Source: Selaginella moellendorffii
Taxonomy: Eukaryota; Plantae; Lycopodiophyta
Length of the DNA: 64,000 nucleotides
Direction of reading: 5' to 3'
Assembly (NCBI RefSeq): GCF_000143415.4
Contig: NW_003314308.1
Coordinates: forward strand, 1,096,654-1,160,653
Part shown: positions 38,405-50,892 of the stretch, piece after piece
Layout of the letters: every line of letters begins with the position of its first letter
Position numbering within the stretch: the stretch's first letter is position 1
Notes under the pieces: generated by a model
The model's input: the letters and a program-made list of their open reading frames with translations, nothing else
Told to the model about the DNA's origin: nothing
Databases searched by the model: none
Position numbers and translations under genes: made by a program

Positions 38405-40563
38405 TGTAAATTCTTGAATTTAAACTTCCCGGAATGTCACACACCTCAATACTATTCAAACCTAAAGACGTTTAATCTTAAATATCCCAAAATCTATAAG
38501 AGGGTGCATTCTTATTCATGGGCTCTTTCCCTTTATATTTAAATCCTATGGATTGTTTATCAAGTTGTTCTTTTTGGTTAATTACAATTTACTACACTTC
38601 TCTACAAATTCACGCCTTCATATATGAAAGTTGAGAACCACAATGTAAGCGACTAAATTTTCCATTCTACTTTAATCACTTAACCACACCTCCAACCACT
38701 TGGAGGAGTCTCACTCACAACCTCCATAAGTTCTATTTCAGACTTAGGCTTGCTAGCCCTGAGAATGGCATCCCCACCACTCAACCTTTGCACTTGATCC
38801 AAGTGCTCCACGTGTCCAATCCCATGACCGACACCCCAAGATACCACCGTCATATCAGCCCGTTACGCTAAAGCCATGCCCCTTTACCTTGGTCACACCG
38901 GTGGTCTAACACCACCTGCATCACAATCCTATCTCTCAAGGACTAGGCCATTTGTCCATGAGTGATCATTCCAGATCCACTCCTTAGCATCTTTAGGATG
39001 CCCATAGAAATGGGGAATAGCCTTCCCCAATATCCCTTTTCCGGTCTTCACCAAGTCCCTTTTTGCCCATGGCCGTGTTTACCAACACTGCCACTGGATC
39101 GAGGCCTACAGGCCTGACCACTAAGTCTTACGGTCCTCTGGGACTTCCTCACCACTCGACTGTATCCTTGGTCACTACACCAGAGGACTACTCCTCTTCC
39201 TTTCCACAGTCTGGGCCTTTGGGACAACATTTTGAAACACCATAGCCCTACGCGAGCCTCATGGGTACTCTCCCCGCCTTCCGCCTTTGGGTGCTCTAGC
39301 CATGGGCTTAGAGCGAGGTTCCGTTGAGCCACACCAGGTATCCAAGTAGGTAGTGCCACCCACACTTGGATTGGGAGCATCGACTATTCGATCTCCCGGG
39401 GGAACTAGAGCCGGCTCTTGAATACTTCACTAAGCTACCCCATTTGTCGGTCCATATTCACTCTAGTCTTGGACTTCCCAGTGGCCAGTTCATCACCCAA
39501 CACTGGATATGGCCTTCCTGGGCCAAACTAGCTTTTCCTGGGCCAAACTAGCTTTTCTTGGGCCAAATTGACCCTTCCTGGCCAAACTGGCTTCACTGGG
39601 CTCCAACCCCTACACTCTCCCTACTATACTTTTGGAACCCCCCGCAGCCCCCCCCCCCCCCCTTGGGGGACGATCGCTTTGGGCTTTCACCCAACTGCCT
39701 GTATTAGTATTTGGACTCAGACTCGGGCTCGAACTCGGACTCGGACTCGGTCTCGGTCTCGGTTTTGGACTCGGACTCGGTCTCAGTCTCGGTTTCGGAC
39801 TCGGACTCGGTCTCGGTCTCGGTCTCGGTTCCATCTCAGACTCCATCTCGGACTTCATCTCGGGTCCATCTCAGACTCCATCTCGGACTCCATCTCGGGT
39901 CCATCTCGGACTCCATCTCGGACTCCATCTCGGGTCCATCTCGGACTCCATCTCGGGTCCATCTCGGGTCCATCTCGGACTCCATCTCGGACACTCCACG
40001 TGTCATGTGTTGTTCCTTTTTGGGTCCCTTTTTGGAGCCTTGCTTATTGCTCGCTTCGTGCTCGTTCTTCGAGCACTTCATTAGGAGTTCCACTCCCACT
40101 CTCGACTTTTTCAAGTTGGAGCTTTTTAGTCCAAATGTGTTACGCTTGTTTGGTTTTTGCTTCGGCCACCACCACATGGCACCCTTCTGGCTCCACTTTG
40201 GGGCCTAGGGATTTTGTGTCTCACACACAACTCTCTCGAGAGCCCTAATTTCTTGACACCCTACCCTTCGAGTCAAGCCTAACTAGAGCAAATTTGACCT
40301 ATTAAATGTTAATCAACATGTGATGTGATTCCCCTAGCCAACTAATAGAGTCGGACTCGAGACCCCTCTGATACTAAACATAAGCTTCTGAATTTAAACT
40401 TTCTAGGAGGTTACTCAGCTCAATACTATTCAAACCCAAGAACATTTAACTTTAAATATCTCAACTAATTGGAAAAAAAGGTGCACTCTTGTTCATGGGC
40501 TCTTTCCCTTTATATTTAAACCCCATGGATCATCTATTAACTTGTTCTCTTTGGTTGCTTACA
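38405..40563 (-). mobile_element. Second TRIM family member, interrupted by a solo LTR
   Basis: ~180-bp direct repeats at 38405-38586 and 40379-40563, PBS-like tagtatcagagg (minus) at 40365-40376, TSD gtgat/atgat. Confidence 0.8.
38644..40225 (-). mobile_element. Solo LTR of the 25569-33558 family
   Basis: TGTAAGCGAC...TCTCACA flanked by a perfect 5-bp TSD CACAA (38639-38643 and 40226-40230). Confidence 0.95.
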
Positions 40564-41409
40564 ATGATGAAATTAAATGTCACTCTGTAAAAATAGCCAT
40601 GTTAGTGTTGGAATGCACTACAACTTCCCAACATACTTCTTAGTTCTTCTCTTACACTACTAGCAGGTAGGGTAAGAATAGATGTAATTTGCTACATTAA
40701 TTTTGATACCAGACTAAAAAAGTCCCTTTTTCAACTAAATAAAAGTTTTTCATTTACTACTATATTCTATTGTTGGAACATCATAACATTCTTATAGAAA
40801 CAATTGTCACAGGTCCTTGGACAAAAGATACAATCTTTCCTACTTATAGTAAATAAGCCCATATTTAACTGAGAAATAAAGTTTCACATTAGCACAAATA
40901 ACAAATTTCATTGCTTTACTATTAATGTTTTGTTTCGACAACTCCACATAATACAATATTACTTTTGTCAATAGATCACTTTCATATGAAACCCAAACAT
41001 CTCCTAACTAGTCCAAATTAATTGCTGAAAACTGATTTTGATGATTTAACACATCTAGAACTTACTAGATTTATAAATAATTTTGATATTGAATCTAACA
41101 AACTTCTTTTGCCAATGAACCTACTTTGGCATAAACTTTAGCTACATTGTAAAATAGCTCAATATGTTATTATTCATATAAACTTTAGTATGTCTATCCA
41201 AATAATACCTTTAATGGTCCAACTCTAACACTATAGCAAACATTTCTTTTCTTGTGTGTAGGCCATTATCCTGCACTTTCGAAAAAATTGAGGTACAACT
41301 TATCCCTTCCAATAGAGAATATCCTAACGAATATTCTTTTAAAAATATGCTACGAATGTTCTAGGAAAATATTCTAGGGTTTAGGTTGTGATCTTCGAGC
41401 GATCGAGCT

Positions 41410-42338
41410 ATGGCGGTCACGGAGGCGGAGAGCCGCATGGAAATGCTGAGCCGCCACCAGTAAGTCGCAGCTCTTAGCGTTGTTTTCGTGACGATGATGG
41501 TCGTGGCGGCAGGCAGGAGATCAAGGAGCTGCGAAATCGAGAGATCGAGCTCAAGAAGGCCGCCGCCAAGGGCAGCAAGGCGGAGCAAAAGGCCAAGAAG
41601 AAGGCGATCGAGGAAGAAATCTCCGGGAAGGACGCGGCGATGAAGGAGCGGCAGGCCAGGGAGCTGGCTACGCTGGGGTTTGCGGGCAGCGAGGACACGA
41701 ATGCCGGGCGGCTGGATGGATTGGTGAGGGCAATCGCGGGGGTCGGGGTCTCCTCCGCCGCCGCCGTGGCGGCGCCGCCAAGAATCTCCAAGGGGAAGAA
41801 GTGGCGGGATCGACGAGCGCAGCAGGACGCCGAGAGGGAGCAGCGCATCCAGGACGAACAGGCACTGCTCGTGAGCGATCGCAAGGTGGAGGAGGATGTC
41901 CTCGCCGCCAAGCTCCAGCCGCTGGGATTGTCGCTCAAGGAGATCAAACCCGACGGGCATTGCTTGTACCGGGCGGTGGAAGATCAGCTCCAGCTCCATC
42001 CCAGCGCGCCCCAGTACTCGTTCCAGGAGCTCCGGAAGATCGCGGCGGGCTACATCCGCGAGCACCCAGAGGATTTCGTTCCATTCATTGGCGGCGATGT
42101 GGAGCTGGAGGATTACTGCCGGGAGATCGAATCGACCGCGGCCTGGGGAGGGCAATTGGAGCTCGAGGCCCTCTCTCACGCGCTCCAGAAGCACATCTTC
42201 GTGTTCTCGGCGGAGATGGCGATCGTGGAGATGGGCAGTGGGTTCCAGCGCGATGGGACGAATCCATCGATCAAGCTCTCGTATCACAAGCACGCGTTTG
42301 GATTGGGGGAGCACTACAACTCCCTGGTTCCGGCGTGA
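41410..42338 (+). CDS. OTU-domain deubiquitinase (OTUD6B/Otu2-like)
   Basis: Exon 1 41410-41459 (MAVTEAESRMEMLSRH), intron 41460-41512, exon 2 with a coiled-coil, catalytic PDGHCLYRA, WGGQLEL and GLGEHYNS. Confidence 0.93.
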
Positions 42339-42375
42339 GGAAGAACGCGGGGAGGGTTTTGGCGGGAAGAAGAGT

Positions 42376-42395
42376 GCCACGTGGCTGCTGACGTG
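42376..42395 (+). promoter_or_regulatory. Palindromic G-box GCCACGTGGC plus TGACGTG upstream of the 42664 gene
   Basis: Motifs seen directly, followed by a likely 5'-UTR intron 42495-42663 ending exactly before the ATG. Confidence 0.5.
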
Positions 42396-42663
42396 CCCAA
42401 TGGTCACGATTAGGGTTCTTCGTTTTCTTCATCAGTGAAATATTTCGCGTGATCGTCGTGTTCTTCGTCGATTCTCTCCTCTGCCCTCCCACAGGTAAAT
42501 CGATTCGTGCGCTGCGAGGACTCTCTGGATTGTAATCGGTGTTTTCTTGCAGCGTTGCGGCAGCGATGCGCGTCCAATCGATTTCTTGTTAATTCGATCT
42601 TCCCTGTGGTACGTAGCGATCGGGCACGAGAATGCCGTCAATCCTTGCTCTCTGTGCTTGTAG

Positions 42664-45600
42664 ATGGAAGAAGGGACGCCGATTCTCGAATCCTTCACGC
42701 AAAGCGTCGCGGATGGGCCGTCCCAGCCGCTGGTGCGCAAGCTCATGTCCCTGATGCTCTCGGAGCCGTCCTCGATCCCTCCCATTCAAGATCCCGACGA
42801 CGCCAGTGGATTCCTCCTCGTCGAAGCTCCCGCTGGTGGAATATCGAGGCCCGGAGCTTTAGACGCAGTGGAAGATATCGCTCAAACGGCCGGGTGCCCG
42901 GTGGAGGACATGGAGAACGTTGTCCAGTCGGGGTTCCGGTTCGCTGGATCCGAGGGGTGCTGCGATTCTCCAAGAGTGGAGAGTTACTTCTCGGAGAGCC
43001 AGATCCCAGCAGACCTCGCGGACAAAGTTCCCATCGATTTCCTCCACGCCATCAACAATGTGCTCGACACCAGGGTCGTCCCAGTGCCAAAGGGCCATCA
43101 CCACCATCACCACCACGGCCATGGTAGACGAAGATCTGCAAGGAAGCGAGCTCCGCCAGCTTTGTCACTCGGGAACAAAGAGCTTGTTCTTCCTCGCGAG
43201 GAAGAACAAGGTGGCACAGGTTTCGCGAGCACGGACTATGCACAGGAGATGGTGACGAGGAGGCTGGATAGATTGGAGGAGATTTGCTTGCGGACCGAGT
43301 CCTACGTCCAGATGGTTCTAGGGACGATGGACAGGAGGCTCCAGCTCCTCGAGGGCGATGGGATATCCAGGTGCACTCTGGATTCCATGACTTCTCCGAG
43401 GTTTCCAGGAGGAAGTTTTTCGTGCGAAGCCGGGACTTTCGTTACTCCGGAGATGCTCATGGTGCAGTCTCCTCGTCCGGACAGGATATCTCTGTTTGCT
43501 ACTGATGTAGCAGCGTCGGCTGGGTTGGAGGTGTCTTGCCAGGCTTCCGAGGATCCAGCGCTCGTTCTCTCGACTCCGGTTCCATCCGTTTCGCAGCCGT
43601 CCGAGTATCCGTTCGCTACTCTTGCTGGAGAGCGGCCGGAGATCACCGCAACGGTGGCTCCTTCAACTCCAAATACAGGGGACGAGATAACAACGATGCA
43701 CAGGCAGGAGGACGAAGGGACTTCCGAGAGGCCACTTGTTGCTGCGATCGCCGTTTTCTCTCTTGCTCCCGATGCTGCGGTGGATGCACTCCTGAGCGAA
43801 CCAGTTTTGACGTGGGAGAACGAGGGATTTCCCTACCTTCGTCCAGCTTACCAGGTGGAGTTGGAGCCTCGGCCGAGGGACACCACTGTGCTGACATGGG
43901 ACGCTGCTCGCTACTTGGCTCCCGAGTCGACAAGCAGTGAAGACGAGCGTGCTACTTGTCACTCCAGCGAGGAAGCATTCGCCTTCTGCAATCTAGACGA
44001 CGAACCGAGGCGGCTCAAGGAGGACACTGAGATGCTGAGCGAGGTTTCGTCTCTCCTCCAGAATATATGCGCCGACCTGGAAGCTTACGGCGTTCCGGAG
44101 GATGAAAGAACCATCGAGCGCTGTCCTCACTGTCGTTTCGGCCCAGCTTGCATCAAAGACCAGGAGGAGATCATCTCAGTTCTCGAGGAGATGTTCACGA
44201 GGCTGACATACTGGCCGCGTCCCGAGGACGTCCTCATGAGTGTTCTACCAGTCTCAGGAGCTTTCTCGGCAAACGCTTCGGTAGACGAAGTTGCGTTTGC
44301 TCCAGCAGCGGCTTCCAGTCGAGAGCGTGTTATAGAGGGAGTTCAGTACGCGCAGCTACCTCAGCAAGAAGACGTAGACGAGATCAGCTCAACGAAAACC
44401 GAGCGGAGTCTTGAGATTTTTCCTTTGGAAGGCAGCACCAGTCCAAGGGTGGCACTCTCGTTCATTCAGGAAGACGGCATGTCCTCGGAGGTCGAGCAAG
44501 CTCCGCAGCACATGAAGATTGAAATGCCACCTCCGAAGCAGGATGCTCCGAACGAACCTTTGGCTCTTCACGTTGCGATTGCTCCCAAGGAAATCAAGGT
44601 GGTGCCGGAGGACGAGCCCGGCGCAGAAGAAGTGGCGCCCTCGGTTATCCAGGACATCTCCGTCACACTCGAAGGATCTTACAGTCAACCCGTCGTTCAC
44701 GAGAACGATGTCGTCGGGGACAACGCAGCCGAAAGTCGAGAAGTTGTGGCCGTTTCAAGGGACCAGCTGCAGCTTTCTGGTGACGTATTTGCGGACTACA
44801 CGTTGAAGGTTGTTCCCCGGCCAGAGCAGCAACAGGAAGGAGCCCCCTTGGTTGTAAGCCAGGACAACAAGATGGTGATTAACGAGGAGGAGGTTTCATC
44901 CGTGATACACGAGCTGTGCTTCGCCCTGGACGTTCCTTCGCGTGCAAGTCAGGCTGACAAAAGCAAAGAACCGGAGCTCCCGTTACAAATCGCCATTGCA
45001 TTAACTGGAAGCGGTAGTGGTGCCAGCGATCACAGCATGGTGGCGCGGACGTCAGTGGAGGACATATCCAGCTCTGAGGCATCCTCGTCAACTCAGCAGC
45101 AAAAGGAAATTGCGTCCATCATTCTCAACCTCAAAGCGCTCCAAAAGAGTGAGGAAAGGCCCATGACGTTCAACTGGGAAGGCGTTCCCGCGGCAAGCGA
45201 ATGCGACGACATACCTTGCCTGCTCAAGGTTGAGGAGAAGAAGTTGGCGGCTGCAAACGACGAGTTCACTTCTGTTCACCAGGAAGTCCGCATCTCGCTG
45301 GAGGTTCCCACGGAGACGAGAAGCGAAGCTGCTGGCCCGGGTGTTCAGATCGGCATTGCTGTGAAGTCCGTGCCGAAGAGAGCTGGTGACGAAGAGAACG
45401 CCATATACACAGTCGAGATACCCGACGACACGGACTTTGAGAAAGTGCCACTGAGCGAGACCGTCGAGCGAGAGGCAGAGCCCGCAATTGAGGAGCTAGT
45501 GCCTCTGACAAAAGCAGCCGCGTCGCCCGCGAAGACACTGGTCGTCGAGAACAGAAGCTTGGGAGACGAGCTGTTGCTGGAGTCGATTCTGGCTCCTCCA

Positions 45601-47178
45601 CCATCTCCTGGCGAAGCCGCTCCGGAGACGCATGACTTTGTGGTGAAAGAGGAGAAGAAGGCTGAGGAAGAATGGGTGATCGATACGAGTTTTCTTCCAA
45701 AGGAGAACTCCCACAAAGTCGAGGCTAAGGTGCCAAAGACAGTGCTCAAAGGGGTGACAACGCAAGATCTCATCCGCGGCTCCCTCCATTTTGACGGGAA
45801 AGCCTGCTTGCTCTCGATCTCGACCGACGATATCTGGACAACGGAGGATATGTGCCAGGCGTCAGTGCCAGGCGCCGCAGGGAAAGAGAAGTCGTCGCTA
45901 CCATTCTTGGCGGACAAAGGTCCTGGCTTGCGGAACGGTGCTGAGCCTCTGATACGGGAGATCCCTGCATGGCTTGGAGACGTGCTTATCGACGAGGTGA
46001 AACAAGCTTGTGCCGGCAGCGCAAAGGAGGCTTTTGGATTCGGGGGAGGGAAGCAACAGCAGCAGCAGCAGCAGGCCGGCATCCAGCGTCAAGTGCTTGG
46101 ATTTCGGAGCTTGCCAGGAAGGCAAGTCAGGCCTGGCCAGCCAAAACCATCTCAAGAGGCCGCGTTTGGGTTTCGCAGCCTGCCTCCGAAGTCGGGGAGG
46201 CCACCTTTGCCAACAGCAGTCGCAGCGGTGAAGCCCAGCATCTCAGTCACTGTTCCGGTTTCCAGCGACGGTTTCGCAGACTGGGACTCGACGCTCTCGC
46301 TCGTCACCAGGGGTGGTAGTCCACCACAGTCACTAGCGCAGCAGGAGCAGGCAGACCCGACGAAGCCAAGAGTTCCGGACTCTCCAGGCGCTCGCTCCTG
46401 CATCATCAACAGGCCGAGCGAGCTTGGTAGGAGCAGCAGCGGCGTTGGGGGTGGCGGCAGCGCTAGCACACTGGCCGTGGAGCCGGAATTCGAGCAGGAT
46501 GCTCAAGCGCCGGCAAAGACGATCATTTCGGACGCAGCATCGGCCTCGACTCCGTCACAGACGACACCAACGTCAACGCTAACTCTGGAGCAGACCTCGT
46601 CGCCTCTACCTCTTCCTCCGGCAGCGAAGATGGCTCTAGACTTACTGGACGCGGGCAGTGGCGAGGAATCGTCCGGGGAAGCACAGCAAGCAGCTTGGAG
46701 CAGTGACGGACTCCATGTCCTGCCGCTGGACGCGCTACAAGAGGAGACGTTCTTTGACGCTCTCGAGTGCTCGGGTAAGTCTCATCTTCATTACAACAAC
46801 AGGAAGTGTAGAGGCACAATAAGGCTGGTGGGATTTGTCATCAACATGGTGGTGGTGATCATCGTCTGCACGATGGTGATCTCGCATCATCGTCGTGGTG
46901 TTAGAGAACAGGAGGACGTGAATGCTTTGATTCTCACAGATTTTTGGTTTGAGCAGCGGCTGGAAGAAGCGGTGGTGGTACCAACAGTAACAATGGCAAG
47001 ATCAAGCGCTACCTCAAGGACAAGCTGTGGAACAAATTCTCGTGCTATGGCGTTGGGCTCCCAGAGTCGGATTCTTCGGACGCGGGCATGCCGTGCCATC
47101 ACCACAGGATTCTCGCAAACAATTCTTAAAACATATCGAAATCTAATTCCGCTTGCCATACTAAAGTGTCCATGTTAA
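42664..47178 (+). CDS. Large acidic low-complexity protein of unknown function (~1450-1504 aa)
   Basis: 4.5-kb stop-free ORF, acceptor AG directly before the ATG, His tract, short coiled-coil RLDRLEEICLRTESYVQMVLGTMDRRLQLLE, Q tract. Possible in-frame intron 46775-46939. Confidence 0.8.
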   Translation: MEEGTPILESFTQSVADGPSQPLVRKLMSLMLSEPSSIPPIQDPDDASGFLLVEAPAGGISRPGALDAVEDIAQTAGCPVEDMENVVQSGFRFAGSEGCCDSPRVESYFSESQIPADLADKVPIDFLHAINNVLDTRVVPVPKGHHHHHHHGHGRRRSARKRAPPALSLGNKELVLPREEEQGGTGFASTDYAQEMVTRRLDRLEEICLRTESYVQMVLGTMDRRLQLLEGDGISRCTLDSMTSPRFPGGSFSCEAGTFVTPEMLMVQSPRPDRISLFATDVAASAGLEVSCQASEDPALVLSTPVPSVSQPSEYPFATLAGERPEITATVAPSTPNTGDEITTMHRQEDEGTSERPLVAAIAVFSLAPDAAVDALLSEPVLTWENEGFPYLRPAYQVELEPRPRDTTVLTWDAARYLAPESTSSEDERATCHSSEEAFAFCNLDDEPRRLKEDTEMLSEVSSLLQNICADLEAYGVPEDERTIERCPHCRFGPACIKDQEEIISVLEEMFTRLTYWPRPEDVLMSVLPVSGAFSANASVDEVAFAPAAASSRERVIEGVQYAQLPQQEDVDEISSTKTERSLEIFPLEGSTSPRVALSFIQEDGMSSEVEQAPQHMKIEMPPPKQDAPNEPLALHVAIAPKEIKVVPEDEPGAEEVAPSVIQDISVTLEGSYSQPVVHENDVVGDNAAESREVVAVSRDQLQLSGDVFADYTLKVVPRPEQQQEGAPLVVSQDNKMVINEEEVSSVIHELCFALDVPSRASQADKSKEPELPLQIAIALTGSGSGASDHSMVARTSVEDISSSEASSSTQQQKEIASIILNLKALQKSEERPMTFNWEGVPAASECDDIPCLLKVEEKKLAAANDEFTSVHQEVRISLEVPTETRSEAAGPGVQIGIAVKSVPKRAGDEENAIYTVEIPDDTDFEKVPLSETVEREAEPAIEELVPLTKAAASPAKTLVVENRSLGDELLLESILAPPPSPGEAAPETHDFVVKEEKKAEEEWVIDTSFLPKENSHKVEAKVPKTVLKGVTTQDLIRGSLHFDGKACLLSISTDDIWTTEDMCQASVPGAAGKEKSSLPFLADKGPGLRNGAEPLIREIPAWLGDVLIDEVKQACAGSAKEAFGFGGGKQQQQQQQAGIQRQVLGFRSLPGRQVRPGQPKPSQEAAFGFRSLPPKSGRPPLPTAVAAVKPSISVTVPVSSDGFADWDSTLSLVTRGGSPPQSLAQQEQADPTKPRVPDSPGARSCIINRPSELGRSSSGVGGGGSASTLAVEPEFEQDAQAPAKTIISDAASASTPSQTTPTSTLTLEQTSSPLPLPPAAKMALDLLDAGSGEESSGEAQQAAWSSDGLHVLPLDALQEETFFDALECSGKSHLHYNNRKCRGTIRLVGFVINMVVVIIVCTMVISHHRRGVREQEDVNALILTDFWFEQRLEEAVVVPTVTMARSSATSRTSCGTNSRAMALGSQSRILRTRACRAITTGFSQTILKTYRNLIPLAILKCPC

Positions 47179-47716
47179 GCACAGATTTTCCTGACTTGCA
47201 ACAACCAGGAAGAAAATCACCACTAGCCTTAGCTTTGGCCATTTAGACTTGAGCATAGATTGGGAATAGATGCTATAAAGATCAAATCAAATCGTCACCC
47301 AAGTTCTACGGAATGGTCAGGGATTGCTACTGTTCCACTTAAGAACTGGTTTTCATGAACCAGCTTTGCCACGTGAATTTTCACGTCTGTAACCAACCAA
47401 GGTAACAAGACAGCAATGAGAGGGTGCTTTAGTTATATGTCAGAAGCTTCTAATCTTGTGACGATTTTGGATAGGCTATAGATATCACTATATTTTCTTT
47501 TTTACCTTAGCTGAAACTTTGAAAGAATAAATTAATCAATTTAAATTTGATAAATCTATGAGCAAGCAAGCGAGTGAGTCAAGATAATTCGATGGATACT
47601 AGAGAGAGTCTAGGGTACGAAATTGCCTCACAGCTAACCATTGGGCACTATCAATTTTAATGAGGTGTGTTGCAGTTTTATCCACTTATCCATTTTTATT
47701 ATTGTTAAAAAATTTA

Positions 47717-50700
47717 TATGAGATTAATATGGACCTATATCTTTTGCATATTTTCATTTTCCCACTTATAAACAAAAATGGATGGACCAGATTTAATCCC
47801 AAATAGATAGTCCATATTCTATAGTAATATAATTAATGTATTGCCTAGCCAGGGTAATTCATCTCTCTTTGTATGTGTGTGTGTGTGTGTATATATATAT
47901 ATGTATATATATGTATTTATAAACCTTACACCATCCTCTCCTCCGGAAGATAAAATAATAAATTAAGTGAACATTTAAAGTTTATATTGGGCAATTATAA
48001 ATTACCACAGGAATCTAATACTCAATAAAAGGAAGTGTCAATAGCTCTTTGAGATCCACGAACACCTACTCATAATCTGGAGACCAAATGAAAGATGACG
48101 TTGATGACTTCAGCAACGCTCGTAATGGTGTAATGAGATCAGAAAGATGATCCAGAAAACAACTGACATATTGCATCTTACCCAAGAAGCACTGCACATC
48201 ATTCACACACTTCGAAGTAAGGAATTTTAAAACAGCCACAAGTTTGTCAGGATCAACTTGCAAACCCTCACGAGAAATATAGTACCTAAAATAAGTTGTG
48301 TCTTTGGACTTAAACACACATTTCGATCGCTTCAACTTTAAACCAACATCCCATAGCCGATCCAACACTTTACAAACATCATGAACGTGTTCCTCCCATT
48401 CCCCTTTGAGTGGATCAAAACATCATCAATGAAGTCAACAGTCACCTCTGTCATATCACAAAGAACCTCATCCATCATTATTCAAACTAAACAGCATCAC
48501 CAAAAACTCGTACAAACTAAATGGTATATGAAAAACAGTCTTAGGAATATTTTCTTTGATCATTAGTACTTACTAGTACCTAAAAGCAAGATTTAACTTG
48601 GTGAACTAATAATTTCGCCTCAGACAATCCAAAAGATCAGTAATGTGAGGAAAAGGGTACACATCCGGAATTGTCACTTTGTTTAATAAACAATAGTCAA
48701 TGCAGAAATGAATACGCCTATCAGACTTCGTCACAAGATGAGGTTCACATGCCCAAGGACACCATGACTTCTAAATAACACTCTTTTCCAACATCTCTTT
48801 AATGTTTGCATATAAAATCTTGATCTTTTTGGGTGACTGACGACGAACATGAACTTTGATTGGACAAGCATTCCTGGTTGGAATTGAATGACATGTAGCA
48901 ATCTTGGCCCCAAACGATAGGTCAAATTCAAAGAGATTGGTATACTTCTTCATGAGCTGGTCAACTACTGCAACACAAAAATTATCAGAAGGATCGGAAA
49001 AGGGAAGAATAAAACAAGACGGAAATATAAGAGGAAATAGTGGGGGAACAAAAGTAATGGAAGCAGAGGTAAAAGTAGAGGGATAAAGAGGTATAAAAGT
49101 GAGAGGAATGGATGAAACATAAGAAAGTATGAGATAAGGGGGAGAAGCCTCAAAGTCACACTTGGTATGATTGCATTACAATCAATCTATACCAAGGATG
49201 AGGTCAAAAGCTTGACTCGGCACCACCTACAATGACTGTGACTCAAGCTTGAGATCACCCATACACACAACCAGGTCTGCCTCATCCCATGCATATACAT
49301 ATGTACGGTCATTGCCATAAAGAATGAAAACTGGTTCTACCACATAACACAATTGTAAATGGCAATGTGTGGCAACATTTCGAGCAATATAAGATAAACT
49401 CAAACTTATATCAACCAACATAAAGAGAATAATAGAAAACCGTTTGTTATAAAAACAAGCTTGGAAAGTAAACACTAGATGAACCGGTGCCGAGTAAACC
49501 CCTTGATGATACTCTTGAAAGAAAGATGGAGGGGTCACTAACGTATTTGTGCAAGGTCCCTTTGTTACTTGCATGACTCCTCGTTTCCCAAATGCATCTC
49601 AGTGTCCAGACCTTCCATTGCAGTAGCATCAACAATACATTGTTGAAGCCAAGGTCTCCATCTAGGAAATGGAGGTCACTAATCTGGAAAACGCTGACAA
49701 TGCTGATAAGTATGACCGATTTCATCACATGCCCAATAGCGAACATCACGGCCACGACCATGTCCTCGCCCTTGGCCTTGGACTCGAGCAACAATAGCAT
49801 CAACCTCCATTGGAATAGGACCATCGCTCATAAAAAGTGGAGCGGAAAGACGGGCAATGAAAAGTGGAAGAAGTGACATCTCATAACATTGTGCCAAGTG
49901 AAGAACATCATCAAGGGTGGTTGGAACAAGTGCATACACAAGTCTGACAAGATCTTGATGAAGTGCTGGCTATAGCATTCCTAGCTTAATTCGCTCTAAC
50001 ATATTTGGCTTTGCACAAAGCATAAGGCTTCGGAAATGACGCCAAATTGCATCACCAATTCAAATAGCTTTTGACGAAGATGATGCAATTGCTAGAAGGC
50101 ATCATCACAATTGTTAGCATGTCCGAATGCGCATTTGAAAATGTCCGGGAGAACACTCCAATCCCCACGAGTAGCTGTACTCAAACCATTATACCATTAC
50201 AATACTATCCTTTGAAAACATGTAGGAAACTCATGCAAATGCCAAACATCATGCCAAGAATGATATGTGGTTATCACCATGAAATGATTGAACCAATGGT
50301 ACACATCATCCCTAGGATTCCCACAAAAGAACTCCAGCCGAATGCAAGGATTAGCACCAAGTGCAAGAGGAGCTATACCACGTGCCATAAATGCCACCAT
50401 CAACTGAATTTGGTTGTTCAATTGCAATCGCATGGTATTAAGCAATTGCACCAACTGTTGCTCTAGAGTCAAGAGGAAGAGACTACTACTCTACCATAAA
50501 GATGAATGAAAAAGAAAGAGGAAAAGAAGAGCAATGAGAAGAAAACAACAAGGAAAAGGAGATCTAGACAATGGAAAAGCTAGATCTAAATCAAAATTCT
50601 GAAAGTAAAGAACAAAAGAAAGAAAATGGAAAAAGTTAAATTTAAACAATGCAAAAGTTAAATTTAAACCAAAATCCCAAATCCAAACACTCCTCGAGAA

Positions 50701-50892
50701 CAATGAAAAATGCCCCTCACCTCCACCAATGTGAGTGCTTAGAATATGAAAAGGGTATATAAAAAATGTGTATATCAATTAGCCCAAAAACCCTAGTTTA
50801 TATATAAAAACAAGTGATCTGGATTGAAACTAATCTGATGGCTACTAAAATCACATTATGCTAATATTAGTATATGGCATTGTAACCATACA
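47717..50892 (-). mobile_element. Decayed Ty3/gypsy LTR retrotransposon (gag-protease-partial RT; RNaseH and integrase missing)
   Basis: Gag PTTLDDVLHLAQ, PIPMEVDAI, Zn knuckle WACDEIGHTYQHC; RT FCIDY..LNKVTIPDVYPFP, FIDDVLI, GLKLKRSKCVF, GLQVDPDKL. PBS TGGTGGAGGTGAGGG 50714-50728, PPT 47931-47943. LTR limits are approximate. Confidence 0.85.

Noticed and set aside
41361-42407. 348-aa minus-strand ORF and other overlapping ORFs
   Set aside because: Antisense shadows of the GC-rich OTU coding sequence.
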